Notes: a model not told the origin generated them from the sequence alone. Shown: positions 38,380 to 48,818, counted from the first letter of the stretch. The stretch is 64,000 nucleotides of DNA from an uncultured Desulfospira sp. (GCA_963663165.1 OY760175.1:2912001-2976000); one strand, 5' to 3'. Numbers and translations are program-made.

Positions 38380-39186
38380 ATGATTTCATCGAAGCGTATT
38401 GCGGCAGGCCCCATCCTGGTCAAAATCAGTTTCATTTGTACGGTTTTGTTTTTAACTCTACCACCGGCATTTGCCCATGATTTCTGGGTTACCGTATCTC
38501 AAGGGGAAAACAAGATCTTCAAAGCCGACATCGGATACGGCCATGATTTCCCCAAAAGCGAACCCATCCCGGAAGACAGGGCACACCTTTTTGCTCCCTT
38601 AAAACTGGTGACTTCAGATGATGCCGTCACCCTTGACCAGGCCGGGGAGAATTATGCTTATCAGAAAACTCTGGATCTGAAAAAGGGAAGTTACATGGTT
38701 CTCGGGCTTTGCCGGTCAAGTTTCTGGTCTAAAGGCCCGGGGGGCTGGGCCATGAAAGACCGGATCCAGAGACCCGATGCCACCATCGTCCGGGAGGCCA
38801 TTTTGTGCACCAAGACCGTTTTTAATATAAAAGGTGCAACGGACACCCAATTAATCACAGATCCTGCCGGCCAGAGACTGGAGATGGTTCCCATGGTGAA
38901 CCCCGCCACTGTAACGGCGGGCAGCAAATTTCCCGTAAAAGTCCTGTGTGACGGCGAACCGGTTAAGACCACCAGTGTGACGGCCACATTTGCAGGGTTT
39001 TCAGACCAAAATTACCAGGCCTTTCAGGGAAAAACCAACCTTAAAGGAGAGATCGACATCATCCCCCTTAAACCCGGACTCTGGATTGCCAAAACAAAAC
39101 ACGTCCTTAAGCATCCGGATCAGGCAAGGGCTGATGAATATGTCCTGGTTGCGACCCTTACATTCAATATTCCGGCAAATCATTAA
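38380..39186 (+). CDS. DUF4198 periplasmic Ni/Co-uptake-associated protein
   Basis: Signal ending AFA then HDFW; GYGHDFP; LEMVP; ATLTF. Confidence 0.88.
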   Translation: MISSKRIAAGPILVKISFICTVLFLTLPPAFAHDFWVTVSQGENKIFKADIGYGHDFPKSEPIPEDRAHLFAPLKLVTSDDAVTLDQAGENYAYQKTLDLKKGSYMVLGLCRSSFWSKGPGGWAMKDRIQRPDATIVREAILCTKTVFNIKGATDTQLITDPAGQRLEMVPMVNPATVTAGSKFPVKVLCDGEPVKTTSVTATFAGFSDQNYQAFQGKTNLKGEIDIIPLKPGLWIAKTKHVLKHPDQARADEYVLVATLTFNIPANH

Positions 39187-39317
39187 CAGGGAAAAAACCA
39201 TGGGATTCGAGCACACCCTTCGGGTACGAATCCCGTGGTTTTTAGATTTTTTCAGATCAACAGTTCACAGCCGGGTGTTTCTTTCTTGAAACGCCCGGTT
39301 CTTCATTTCACCGATTT

Positions 39318-39926
39318 TCACATCAATGGTTGGCCTAATTTGTAAATGCCGTCACACAATCGGTTTAAAAGGGCGGCGTCATGGCTGACCACAATTAGCC
39401 CGATGTTTCTTTTTTTGCAAATTTTTAAGACCACCTGCCAGATTTTGGCCTGGGTGATCGCATCGACCATGGTCGTCATTTCATCGGCGATAATATATTT
39501 TGTCCCGGGATGCAGCGCCCTTACAATACAAATCCGCTGCAATTCTCCTCCGGAGAGTTCTATGGGCCACCGGCGCATCCAGTCCTGGCGGATTTCAAAA
39601 AGATCCAGAATATCCCGGTCCGGCGGATAAGATTCCTTTAAAAGTTCATTGATCCGCCATCTGGGGTTCACGGCTTTTTCAGGGTGCTGATGGATCAGCT
39701 GCACCGGCCGGAACCCTCTGGTCTTAACCGTTTTTAAATCTACTTTTACGTCACCGGTTCCGGGTCTGATATATCCGGCTAAGATTTTGGCAAGGCTTGT
39801 TTTTCCCGACCCGCTGTAGCCGGATATCCCAAGGACCTCGCCCGGGGCCACGCGAATTTGAACGTCTCTGAAAATCCAATTTTCTTTTTGATAAAAATGT
39901 CCCAGATTGTCACCGGTTAAACCCAT
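39318..39926 (-). CDS. Peptide/nickel ABC transporter ATPase
   Basis: GYSGSGKT, LSGGELQR, IADE. Confidence 0.93.
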   Translation of the reverse strand: MGLTGDNLGHFYQKENWIFRDVQIRVAPGEVLGISGYSGSGKTSLAKILAGYIRPGTGDVKVDLKTVKTRGFRPVQLIHQHPEKAVNPRWRINELLKESYPPDRDILDLFEIRQDWMRRWPIELSGGELQRICIVRALHPGTKYIIADEMTTMVDAITQAKIWQVVLKICKKRNIGLIVVSHDAALLNRLCDGIYKLGQPLM

Positions 39927-39944
39927 CTTAATACCTATCTTTAT

Positions 39945-40736
39945 TTAAACATGAAAATCATTTTGGGGAAGTGCCCGCCACAGCCTTTGGGCATACGCTG
40001 TTTTTAAGGCCCGGCCTTTTCCCTGAAATGCAGACGCCTCGCTGACCTCTATGGAACGCCCGTCCTTTACAACCGCCACCTTATGGGCCACCCTTAATGC
40101 CGCCGTGATGTCATGGGTGATGAGCATGACCCCGGCCCCCTGCTTTGCAAAACGGGCCAGTTGCTTAAGGATTTCAGACAGGGCTGACGGATGGATGCCC
40201 GGTGTGGGCTCATCTGCGATCACCAGCCTTACCCCTTTTCGGACACTGGTGGCAAACAGCACCCGGCGCAGCATTCCCCCTGAAAGTTCATGGGGAAACA
40301 ACCCGGCGTGTTTTTGTTCAAGGCCATACTGCTCGAACAGTTCTTTTTGAAATGTTTTGGCCGTTTTCTTCTCAAGACCGATGCGAACCTGCCGGCCCAC
40401 CGTCATCAGGGGATCAAGATAATTCACAGACTGGGGAATAAAAGAGATTTCCCGGCCCCGCAGCCGGCCGATTTCTTGGGTTGTCAATAATTCTCCCCGA
40501 TAAAAAATTTCCCCTCCGCATCGGGCATTGCCCGGCAGAATTCCCAGGATTGCATGGGCCAAAAGACTTTTCCCGGCGCCGCTGGCCCCTAAAACCGCAA
40601 GGATTTCTCCTTGGTCAATATCAATGGATATATCCGAAATAGGCTGGATCATTCGTTTTTGTGTCCATTTAAGATATTGAGAAAACCCAATGGATAAATT
40701 CTTAACCTGCAGTAATTTTTCTCTTTTTATACCCAT
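39945..40736 (-). CDS. Peptide/nickel ABC transporter ATPase
   Basis: GASGAGKS, ELSGGM, IADEPT. Confidence 0.93.
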   Translation of the reverse strand: MGIKREKLLQVKNLSIGFSQYLKWTQKRMIQPISDISIDIDQGEILAVLGASGAGKSLLAHAILGILPGNARCGGEIFYRGELLTTQEIGRLRGREISFIPQSVNYLDPLMTVGRQVRIGLEKKTAKTFQKELFEQYGLEQKHAGLFPHELSGGMLRRVLFATSVRKGVRLVIADEPTPGIHPSALSEILKQLARFAKQGAGVMLITHDITAALRVAHKVAVVKDGRSIEVSEASAFQGKGRALKTAYAQRLWRALPQNDFHV

Positions 40737-40746
40737 GGTTTTTTCC

Positions 40747-41574
40747 TTATTCGTTGGACGTTGCCGGATCCGTTAAAATACGAAATTGTTCACCAATATT
40801 ATCAAAACTTTTAATGACCATGATCAGCAGCATCCCGGGAAAAACAACCAGCCACCATTTCCCTGTAGAGATATGCCCCATGGCTTCTGAAAGAATGACC
40901 CCAACGGCCGGCGTCTGGGGGGAGAATCCAAACCCCAGAAACGTCAGCACGGCCTCATGAAGAATGACATGGGGAAATACCAGCAGTAAACCGATCAGAA
41001 TCTGGGGAAAAACCGCCGGCAGCAGATGCCGCCGTGCAATATACCAGGACGATTTGCCAAAGCTTTTGGATATGTGGATATATTCGGCATTTTTTTCCTG
41101 CATGACCTCGGCCCGGACAACCCTGGCAAGGGGGGTCCAGTGGGTGAGGGAAACACCTAAAATAATCCCCTGTATCCCGCCGCCTGCAATAAAGGAAATC
41201 AATATCATTGCCACCAGATGGGGCAGGCTGATGAACAAATCTATGATCCAGGAAATAACCTGATCCACGGACCGTCCGAAGGTAGCGGCACAGATGCCCA
41301 TGACACCGGCCATCCCCACACTGATCATTGATGTGAGCAATCCCACCGCCATGGACAGGCGAAGCCCTTTTATGGTACGGGTAAACATATCCCGGCCCAG
41401 CCAGTCCGTGCCAAACAGATGATTAAGGCTTGGGGCCAGGTTTTTGCTTTGGGCATGGATGCGAAGGTTTTGGTCTTCCAATGCAAACGCCGTGATAAGA
41501 ATCAGCAGCAGCAGGGAGGCGGAAAAAACAATCTGCCGTATTATTTTTTTTCTGATGTTGGAATTTTCTGTCAT
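40747..41574 (-). CDS. Peptide/nickel ABC permease (OppC/NikC-like)
   Basis: HLFGTDWLGRDMF, EAVLTFLGFG. Confidence 0.93.
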   Translation of the reverse strand: MTENSNIRKKIIRQIVFSASLLLLILITAFALEDQNLRIHAQSKNLAPSLNHLFGTDWLGRDMFTRTIKGLRLSMAVGLLTSMISVGMAGVMGICAATFGRSVDQVISWIIDLFISLPHLVAMILISFIAGGGIQGIILGVSLTHWTPLARVVRAEVMQEKNAEYIHISKSFGKSSWYIARRHLLPAVFPQILIGLLLVFPHVILHEAVLTFLGFGFSPQTPAVGVILSEAMGHISTGKWWLVVFPGMLLIMVIKSFDNIGEQFRILTDPATSNE

Positions 41575-41575
41575 T

Positions 41576-42559
41576 TTAGCTGCTCTTTCTCATTCGTGGG
41601 TCCACAATGATATTTAAAATATCCGCTATAAAATTGCCCGAAAAGACAAATACCGAACTGACCACAACAATTCCCAGCAACAGGGGAAGATCCCCTTTTA
41701 AACCGGCAATGGTCAGGGTGCTGCCAAGACCTGGATAGGCAAATACCTGTTCTGCCATAACCGACCCTCCGAAAAGTTCACCAAAATAGGCAAACTGAAG
41801 GGAAATGGCGGGTATGATGGAGTTTCGAAAACCGTGATTTTTAAATATCTGCCAGGCATTTCCCCCCCTTGCCTTTGCAAAAACAACGAATTCCGAATTT
41901 AGGATATCAATCATTTTTTCACGGGTATGCATGGCGATATTGGCAATTCCAAGGACGCTGAGGGTGGCTGCCGGCAGGATAAAATGCCTGATCCGGTCCA
42001 GAAAGGTGACGTCGGTATTCAGCATTCCCGCCGGAGCGGCCAGGCCAACGGGCAGCCAATTGAGCCAGACCGCAAAAACGATCATCAGAATCAGGGCCAG
42101 CCAGAAGGCCGGTGTGCTGACCAGGGTGTAGCTGTACCATTTGATGACCCTGTCAACGGGTCTTCCCCGGAACATGGCGGCAACCGCCCCTAGAACGTAT
42201 CCCAGCACACCCGACAGCAGCCATGCAACCCCCATTAACGCAAAGGAAATAAGGAACCGGTTTTTTATAATATCGGCCACCGGAATACGGAAAAGCTTTG
42301 AGACACCAAAGTTGCCCTGAAGGAGAGCCCCGGCCCAGGAAAGATACCTTTCTGCCGGGCTTTTGTTTAAACCCCAGTATTCCCTGATCCGGTCAACCTG
42401 GTCCGGTGATATGCTGCTGTCTGCGCTGATGTAGGCACTGACCGGATCCAGCGGGGATATTTCAAGCAGGGTAAAGGCCACCAGGGACAGCCCGACCATC
42501 AAAGTCACAAGCCGTACCAGGCGAACCGACAAAAATTTAAGCACTGATATTTTATTCAT
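41576..42559 (-). CDS. Peptide/nickel ABC permease (OppB/NikB-like)
   Basis: LPAATL, EQVFAYPGLG; start MNKISVLKF. Confidence 0.93.
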   Translation of the reverse strand: MNKISVLKFLSVRLVRLVTLMVGLSLVAFTLLEISPLDPVSAYISADSSISPDQVDRIREYWGLNKSPAERYLSWAGALLQGNFGVSKLFRIPVADIIKNRFLISFALMGVAWLLSGVLGYVLGAVAAMFRGRPVDRVIKWYSYTLVSTPAFWLALILMIVFAVWLNWLPVGLAAPAGMLNTDVTFLDRIRHFILPAATLSVLGIANIAMHTREKMIDILNSEFVVFAKARGGNAWQIFKNHGFRNSIIPAISLQFAYFGELFGGSVMAEQVFAYPGLGSTLTIAGLKGDLPLLLGIVVVSSVFVFSGNFIADILNIIVDPRMRKSS

Positions 42560-44156
42560 TCCATGTCCATTCGGTGATATTGCTGAACAAAGCCCACTCA
42601 TGGCCGTGGGAATGGATGGGCTGGCGTCCCAGGTCAAGCCGTTTGTCGGCCAGGTAAAGGTGATCCACCCGCACAAGCCAGACAATGGGCGCATCCCCGA
42701 TGCCGCTAAAACCGGTTTGGCCGTCCCACTGGGCCAGTTCAAAATATTTATGGGCCTCTTGCTGTGAGGACGCCCCCAGGGCCAGATCCAGATATTTGTC
42801 TACGGTGGGGTTATTCAAGCTGGTCATATTGCAGATCCCCTTGTTGATCATTTTGGAAGAGTACATGGTGTACAACTGGTGGGGATGATGCCGGCCACCG
42901 CCCCACAGTACAGCGGCCGCCTTGCCTTTCAGGAAAATTTCATCCCAGGTCGAACCAATGGCATTTATCTTGATCCCCAGGTCCAGGGCCTGGTCTGCCA
43001 CGGCCAGGGTTAGATCGCACCGAAGCTGGTCTTCACAGGAAAAATAAAGGATAAATTCGGCTTTACGGCCGTCTTTTTCCAAAATACCGTCATGGTCTGT
43101 ATCACGCCATCCGCCGGTTGAAAGGATCTTTTTGGCACGGTCAATATCACCGTCTTTAACAATGGTTTTTTCATTGAACCAGGGCAGATTATCGCAAAGA
43201 GAGTAGGCTTTTTTTGCATAGCCGTTCAATGCCACATCCAGGAGCTTTTGACGGTCAAGGCCCACATTGAGGGCCCTGCGTATGGCCCTGTCACAGGTCA
43301 CATCATTGCCCACGGCAACATCCACGCCGTTGGTTATTCCCTTGCCGCCGGCAGGGACTGTGGGCAGCGTGATCCCCCGGGAATCGATGCTTTCATAAGC
43401 ATGAAGGGTCATTCCGTCGACCTTTTGGTCTGCAAAGGCCGGCGGGACATAGGCGATATCCGCCTCTTTGGCCTTTGCCGAAGCCAGTGCCGCATCCTCC
43501 TGGTAAAGCAGAAAGATCAATCGTTTAAACCAGGGTTCCTTTCCAAACCAATAGGGATTGTAATCCATGATGATCTGCTGGCCGAAATTTTATTGGATCA
43601 CTTTGTAGGGCCCGGATCCAATGGGATTTTTAGAGTAATTATCGTCATAATATTTTGCCGGCACAATGCCGATTTCCGTAAGCTGGCCCACAAAGGTTGA
43701 ACGGGGATAAAAAAGCGTAAAGACAATGGTATGGGCATCCATAATATCAATGGACTTCACAAAGGAAAGATCGAATTTGATACCATCTTGTTTTAACATC
43801 TCGTATGTAAATTTAACATCGGCTGCCGTAACCGGTTCGGCATTGGAAAATTTGACATCATCCCTTAACTTGAAAGACCATCGCAAAGCGTCACCGCTCA
43901 CGGTATAGGACTTTGCCAGATCACCGGTTATTTTCTGGCCAGTGTCTATCTTTAACAAAGAGCTGTGGGTAAGCCGGATCTGGGCATGGGTTCCCCAGCC
44001 TTTTTTGGGGTCAAACATGCCATTGTCGGCATAGCCCACAGCCAGAACCAGGTCTCGTTTTTCACGAATGTTTGAATGGCCGGATGCCTGTCCGGGATGT
44101 TTCATGACCAGAAGAACAATGCCCAGGATGATTAGAATAATTGATGTGTTTTTCAT
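42552..44156 (-). pseudogene. Family 5 ABC substrate-binding protein split by one in-frame TAA
   Basis: ...GPYKVIQ-TAA(43592-43590)-NFGQQIIMDYNPYW... continues in the same frame. Confidence 0.85.
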
Positions 44157-44172
44157 GGTAATAACTAAATTT

Positions 44173-44357
44173 TTATTTGAAAGTCTCACTAACGGGCATG
44201 GCCCGATTGGATTATCCAGCCGAGCATCGGGTCACAACAAAAAATCAAAGTCTTTTCAGATTGTTAGTAAGACTTTCATATAAACCTCTTGAGAAGACTT
44301 TCATTATTTGTTGTGGGCGGTTCTTGGTTGGATAACCAAGACGGCCCGTGGCCGTTA
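44173..44357. repeat. Family A short form with a diverged inverted family A copy nested at 44190-44283
   Basis: Outer copy interrupted at its CTAAC; the insert is bounded by TAA on both sides. Confidence 0.85.
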
Positions 44358-44368
44358 TTGGGTAACAT

Positions 44369-44415
44369 AAAAAAACCACGAAAGCACTTTCCTAATACAG
44401 CAACTGCCTTCGTGG
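44369..44415 (-). terminator. Intrinsic terminator in the ABC operon leader
   Basis: Minus strand CCACGAAGGCA...TGCTTTCGTGG-TTTTTTT. Confidence 0.75.
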
Positions 44416-44719
44416 CCTGATTTTAGCCTTATATTTTACAGCTATATGATCGTCTTCCTGACGATAAATTATCGAGGCGTGTGCCCCCCTGTAGATATTA
44501 AGATGCACCAAGGTTGGAAAACCCCTAAAAGAAAGTTTAAAAAATGCCGTCTTAAGGAAATCGTGGGAGGAATGACTATCTCGTCCTATTAAAACCTAAC
44601 TTTTATTGACAATATTATTTTCATATGTCTAATAAAGATTTTTATCAAAAGGATAATATGTTAAATTTTCTAAAAAATTGCAGCTATGCCCCATATTACG
44701 CTCATGATTTGTTGAGGAT

Positions 44720-45232
44720 TTGATGAAAAACTCGGATCGATTGTGGCAACGGATTTTCGACACACATTATTATAATGTTTACGGATTTTTTCTGAAAAGA
44801 CTGGAGTCTCCTGAAGATGCAGCCGATGCTTCCCAGGAGACATTTATGCGGGTGGTCCGCCGCAATGGCACCGTAAGTCTGGATTCTCCTGCCGGATATA
44901 TTTGGCGCACCGCGCAAAATATGGTTAAGGAGATCAAACGGGCCAAAGCGGTTTCTTCTAAATGGATAAGTTCTAAAACCATTGATTTGGATCAGCAGAT
45001 TTCACCAGCGCCGACGCCTGAAAAGGCCATGGAAATCCAAAACATGAGTGACCATATCCTTGATGTTCTTAACCGGCTTCCGCCCCGATGCCGGGAGGTT
45101 TTTATTCTGCACCGTTTCAAAGGGTTATCTCACAAACAGATCGCCGAACAACTGAATATTTCACCCAAAACCGTTGAAAATCACATGGTCAATGCCCTTC
45201 TTTTTTTTCATAAACACCTGCAACGGCCTTAA
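44720..45232 (+). CDS. FecI-like ECF sigma factor
   Basis: DAADASQETF, LPPRCREVFILHRFKGLSHKQIA, TVENHM. Confidence 0.95.
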   Translation: MMKNSDRLWQRIFDTHYYNVYGFFLKRLESPEDAADASQETFMRVVRRNGTVSLDSPAGYIWRTAQNMVKEIKRAKAVSSKWISSKTIDLDQQISPAPTPEKAMEIQNMSDHILDVLNRLPPRCREVFILHRFKGLSHKQIAEQLNISPKTVENHMVNALLFFHKHLQRP

Positions 45233-45300
45233 AACGGTATTTTTTAATTTTTTTAGGGGGTTTTCAACATTGTGGCATAAATATAGAGGAGGGCACAACA

Positions 45301-46362
45301 TTGAGTTTATCACGGGATGACCGTTTGGAGCAGGCTGCACGCTGGCTGGTTCAGGCCCAGGACAAAACCTTTACATCCAAAGATCGCAAAATGATGGCGG
45401 AGTGGCTTAAAGAAGATCCAGCCAACCGGAAAGCATTTGAACAGATGGAAGGTGTCTGGCAGCATTTGGCCGTGGTGGAACCTGTTTTTTCACCCCCCCA
45501 AGAAAATGATCCCCAGGCAATGTTAACTCACCGGCGTGTAGCGGAAAGGAAAACCCACCCGAAAGGCATATTGAACCGATTTTTCAAACCGGATAAAAAA
45601 AGGGCCATAGCCTGTATATCCATGGCAATACTGGTACTTTTCTGCCTGCCGGTATTAAAAACACAATTGGTGGAACCTAAAAAAACCGTTCATCCTTACA
45701 CCACCGCCACCGGAGAACAAAAAACCGTCACCTTAAGCGATGGCTCCGTTCTCAAGATGAATGTCAGCAGTTCTATTTCCGTGTGCATGAGCAAAGGGTC
45801 CCGGCAGGTTCAAATGAACGACGGCGAGGTTTTCTTTATTGTCAAGCCCGATCCGGATCGTTTCTTTGAAGTGCATACCGCCAAAGGAGTGGTGCGAGTT
45901 CTCGGCACTGCTTTCAATGTCAGGGACCGCAACGAGCTGGTGGCTGTGGATGTGGATCATGGCAAAGTCCAGGTGCAAAGTGCGCCCAAAAGCCCGGGAG
46001 ATATGCGGGTCAGGACGGTCAAACTGCTTGCCGGCCAGGGAGCGGACATCGATTCAACCGGCCGCTTGGCCCCTGTACGCACCTCCAATATTCATGATGT
46101 TCTGGCCTGGCAGCGACATCAGGCTGTGTTTAAAAACGCCCCCATCAGCCGTGTACTCCAGGAACTGGCGCTGTATCACAAAATCAACATAAAACTGGCA
46201 TTTGAAGATTTGGGGAAAAAGAGAATAACCGGCACCTTTGATATGCATAATCTGGAGCAGACGCTTAGATTTATCGTCACAGCGGCCTCTTTAAAGATGG
46301 AAAAGGACACCAACGGAACGATCAGACTATCCGGGGAGCCGGTTGTTAAAAGCGGATCGTAA
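45301..46362 (+). CDS. FecR-like anti-sigma / periplasmic sensor
   Basis: EQAARWL, TM helix, LSDGS, VRVLGTAFNV. Confidence 0.95.
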   Translation: MSLSRDDRLEQAARWLVQAQDKTFTSKDRKMMAEWLKEDPANRKAFEQMEGVWQHLAVVEPVFSPPQENDPQAMLTHRRVAERKTHPKGILNRFFKPDKKRAIACISMAILVLFCLPVLKTQLVEPKKTVHPYTTATGEQKTVTLSDGSVLKMNVSSSISVCMSKGSRQVQMNDGEVFFIVKPDPDRFFEVHTAKGVVRVLGTAFNVRDRNELVAVDVDHGKVQVQSAPKSPGDMRVRTVKLLAGQGADIDSTGRLAPVRTSNIHDVLAWQRHQAVFKNAPISRVLQELALYHKINIKLAFEDLGKKRITGTFDMHNLEQTLRFIVTAASLKMEKDTNGTIRLSGEPVVKSGS

Positions 46363-46422
46363 AATATAACCCATGGCCCCGGCAAGAGTTGATCCGGAAA
46401 GATTAAACAGAAAAGCTGATAG

Positions 46423-48771
46423 ATGAACAAAACAATCGCCTGGATAAGTTCCTTCGCCACCACTATTTTATTGCTTTTATCTGCCATACCCGTCATGGCC
46501 GACCAGGCACCCATTACCATCAAACCCGGAACCCTGCAAGACGTTTTGGATGCATATGCCAAAACCACCGGAATAAAAATCGTTTATTTAAACGAATTGA
46601 TAGAAGGCAAAAACAGCCCCGGTACCCGAAATGCCTCCCCTGGAGATGCCCTGCCCCAAATTTTACAGGGAACCGGTTTAACCTTTCAAATGACAGGCAG
46701 CAACACCATTATCCTAAAGAAAAAGGACACTACGGAAAAACAACCCATTGCCCCAAAAAAAGAGGTTGTCAAATCGGGAACTGAGACCAGGGCGGAGCAG
46801 GACAGGGTTTATATGAAGATCGGGAACGTTACCATTACCTCACAAGCCAGGTATCTGGCTTCAGCCGATGCCCCTGCATCCGTAGATGTTATCGGTTCCA
46901 GCCAGATTGAATTGGAAAATGTGAATTCCAGTATGGAATTGCTCAAAAAGGTTCCGGGGGCCTATTTTGGCGACTGGAATCAGGGCGCGCTTGCCGGTTC
47001 GTTTTCCCTGAGGGGGTATGATATCAACACATCGGCTCCGGTGTCGCTGACGATTGATGGAATCCCTGCATTTTACAGCAGCCGGAACACGATTGATATG
47101 GAACCTGTCTTCCCCCTTGAAATTGATCAAATTGAGATATTGAAAGGGTCTTACGATCCCCGGTATGGCATCAACAATATTGCCGGCAGCGTGAATGTTT
47201 ACACCAAACGGGGCGAAGACTATACAAAGGCCCGTCTGCTTACGGGAAGTTATGACACCTACGACGGGCAGATAGCTGTTGGGGTTGAAGATGAAAATTT
47301 TTCCCAGAACTATTTTGCCGGGGCAAGGCGTTCAGGCGGATACCGGGATCACTCAATGGTTGAAAAGCAGGCCTTTTCCGGTAAATGGTTTTATTCACTG
47401 GATGATCATAAAGGACAAATCGGGGCCATTGTCCGTTTTTTTAATATCACGGGAGATGCACCCGGCTACCTTTCCCGGGATGATGCCGACAATAATCCGA
47501 CAAGTGCTGCCGCATACGCCCGCTCGGACGGCAGTGAACAGGAAAATAAGCAGGCCAGCCTCCATTTTGACTATGACTTTACCGAATCCCTTTACTGGTC
47601 TGTGAAAACCTATGCCCAGGAGATGGCATGGGATAAGTTTTCACGCTGGAGCCTTACCGGGAACCAAAGTGAGACCCTTATCACCGAAAAACAATACGGC
47701 GCGGTTTCAACCTTAACCTTTGAGAAAAATTATCAAACCATTCAGCGCCTGAAAATCGACTGGGGGGTGGATTACCAGTACAGCGAGGCCACGGAACAGC
47801 GGTGGACAACCGTGGACAGGGTCCGGCAGGGCAGTGAATACCGGTATTTTGATTATGACATGCAGTATTGGGGCACCTTTGTCCAGGTGGACAGCGACAT
47901 CAGGGACTGGCTGAGGATGTTCGCTGCCCTGCGTGTGGACAGTTTTGACGGAGATTGTATCAGCAAGGTCACCGGCAATGATTCCGACATGCTGGATCTT
48001 GATTTTATATGGCAGCCAAAGGTGGGGGCCGTGATCACCCCTTTCCAGGGGTATAATTTCTATGCCAACTGGGGCCGGACATTCCAGCTGCCCTCTACCC
48101 CGTACCGGTACGGGCAGGACACTTCCGGCAATCTTATATCAAGGGATCTGGCTGAATCTACAAATGACGGATGGGAAGTGGGAATAAAGGCCTCTCCATT
48201 TGACTGGCTGTCCTTTCGGGCCGACCTATGGCAAATGGTCGCCAGTAATGAGGTCCGGAAAAAAGGCGACGGATCCGGGGACAGGATAAACGTGGGTAAA
48301 ACCACAAGGGACGGCTGGGATGTTTCATTCAGTATCCGCCCCCATCCCTGGGTCTCCCTGTGGGGATCATACTCCCAGGTCAAAGCCGTGTATACGGATC
48401 CGGGAGAAGCGCTGGCGGCCGTTAAAGGAAAGGACATTGAACTGATCCCCAAAGAAACCGGAAAACTGGGCGTGGATTTTAATCATCCCAAAGGCATCAG
48501 TGGCAGTATCTGGCTCGAACATCAGGGAGACTATTATGTGCTCGACGATGCCACCAATGAAAACGAACCCGTAGGCGAGTACACCATTTTCAACTTTAAA
48601 CTGGCCTATAACCTGGGGCAGCTGACCAAAAAATTCAAAGACACCACCATTGGTTTTGAAGTCAAAAATTTATTTGATGAAGATTACTATACCTATGTGT
48701 GGAACCTGGATAACGGATTTCAGCCCGGTGATTCGAGAAGTTTCTATGTCTGGATGTCTGTCGAACTTTAA
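46423..48771 (+). CDS. TonB-dependent transducer with STN signalling domain
   Basis: LQDVLDAYAKTTGIKI...ILQGTGL STN domain ahead of plug and barrel. Confidence 0.95.
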   Translation: MNKTIAWISSFATTILLLLSAIPVMADQAPITIKPGTLQDVLDAYAKTTGIKIVYLNELIEGKNSPGTRNASPGDALPQILQGTGLTFQMTGSNTIILKKKDTTEKQPIAPKKEVVKSGTETRAEQDRVYMKIGNVTITSQARYLASADAPASVDVIGSSQIELENVNSSMELLKKVPGAYFGDWNQGALAGSFSLRGYDINTSAPVSLTIDGIPAFYSSRNTIDMEPVFPLEIDQIEILKGSYDPRYGINNIAGSVNVYTKRGEDYTKARLLTGSYDTYDGQIAVGVEDENFSQNYFAGARRSGGYRDHSMVEKQAFSGKWFYSLDDHKGQIGAIVRFFNITGDAPGYLSRDDADNNPTSAAAYARSDGSEQENKQASLHFDYDFTESLYWSVKTYAQEMAWDKFSRWSLTGNQSETLITEKQYGAVSTLTFEKNYQTIQRLKIDWGVDYQYSEATEQRWTTVDRVRQGSEYRYFDYDMQYWGTFVQVDSDIRDWLRMFAALRVDSFDGDCISKVTGNDSDMLDLDFIWQPKVGAVITPFQGYNFYANWGRTFQLPSTPYRYGQDTSGNLISRDLAESTNDGWEVGIKASPFDWLSFRADLWQMVASNEVRKKGDGSGDRINVGKTTRDGWDVSFSIRPHPWVSLWGSYSQVKAVYTDPGEALAAVKGKDIELIPKETGKLGVDFNHPKGISGSIWLEHQGDYYVLDDATNENEPVGEYTIFNFKLAYNLGQLTKKFKDTTIGFEVKNLFDEDYYTYVWNLDNGFQPGDSRSFYVWMSVEL

Positions 48772-48784
48772 AAAGGGAAAAAGG

Positions 48785-48818
48785 GGCCCGTGGCCGGTTA
48801 TATGAAAGTCTCACTAAC
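48785..48818 (+). repeat. Family A right-end/left-end junction fragment
   Basis: GGCCCGTGGCCGGTTA joined to TATGAAAGTCTCACTAAC. Confidence 0.75.

Noticed and set aside
43590..43592. Programmed stop-codon recoding
   Set aside because: The codon is TAA, not TGA or TAG, and no recoding signal is seen
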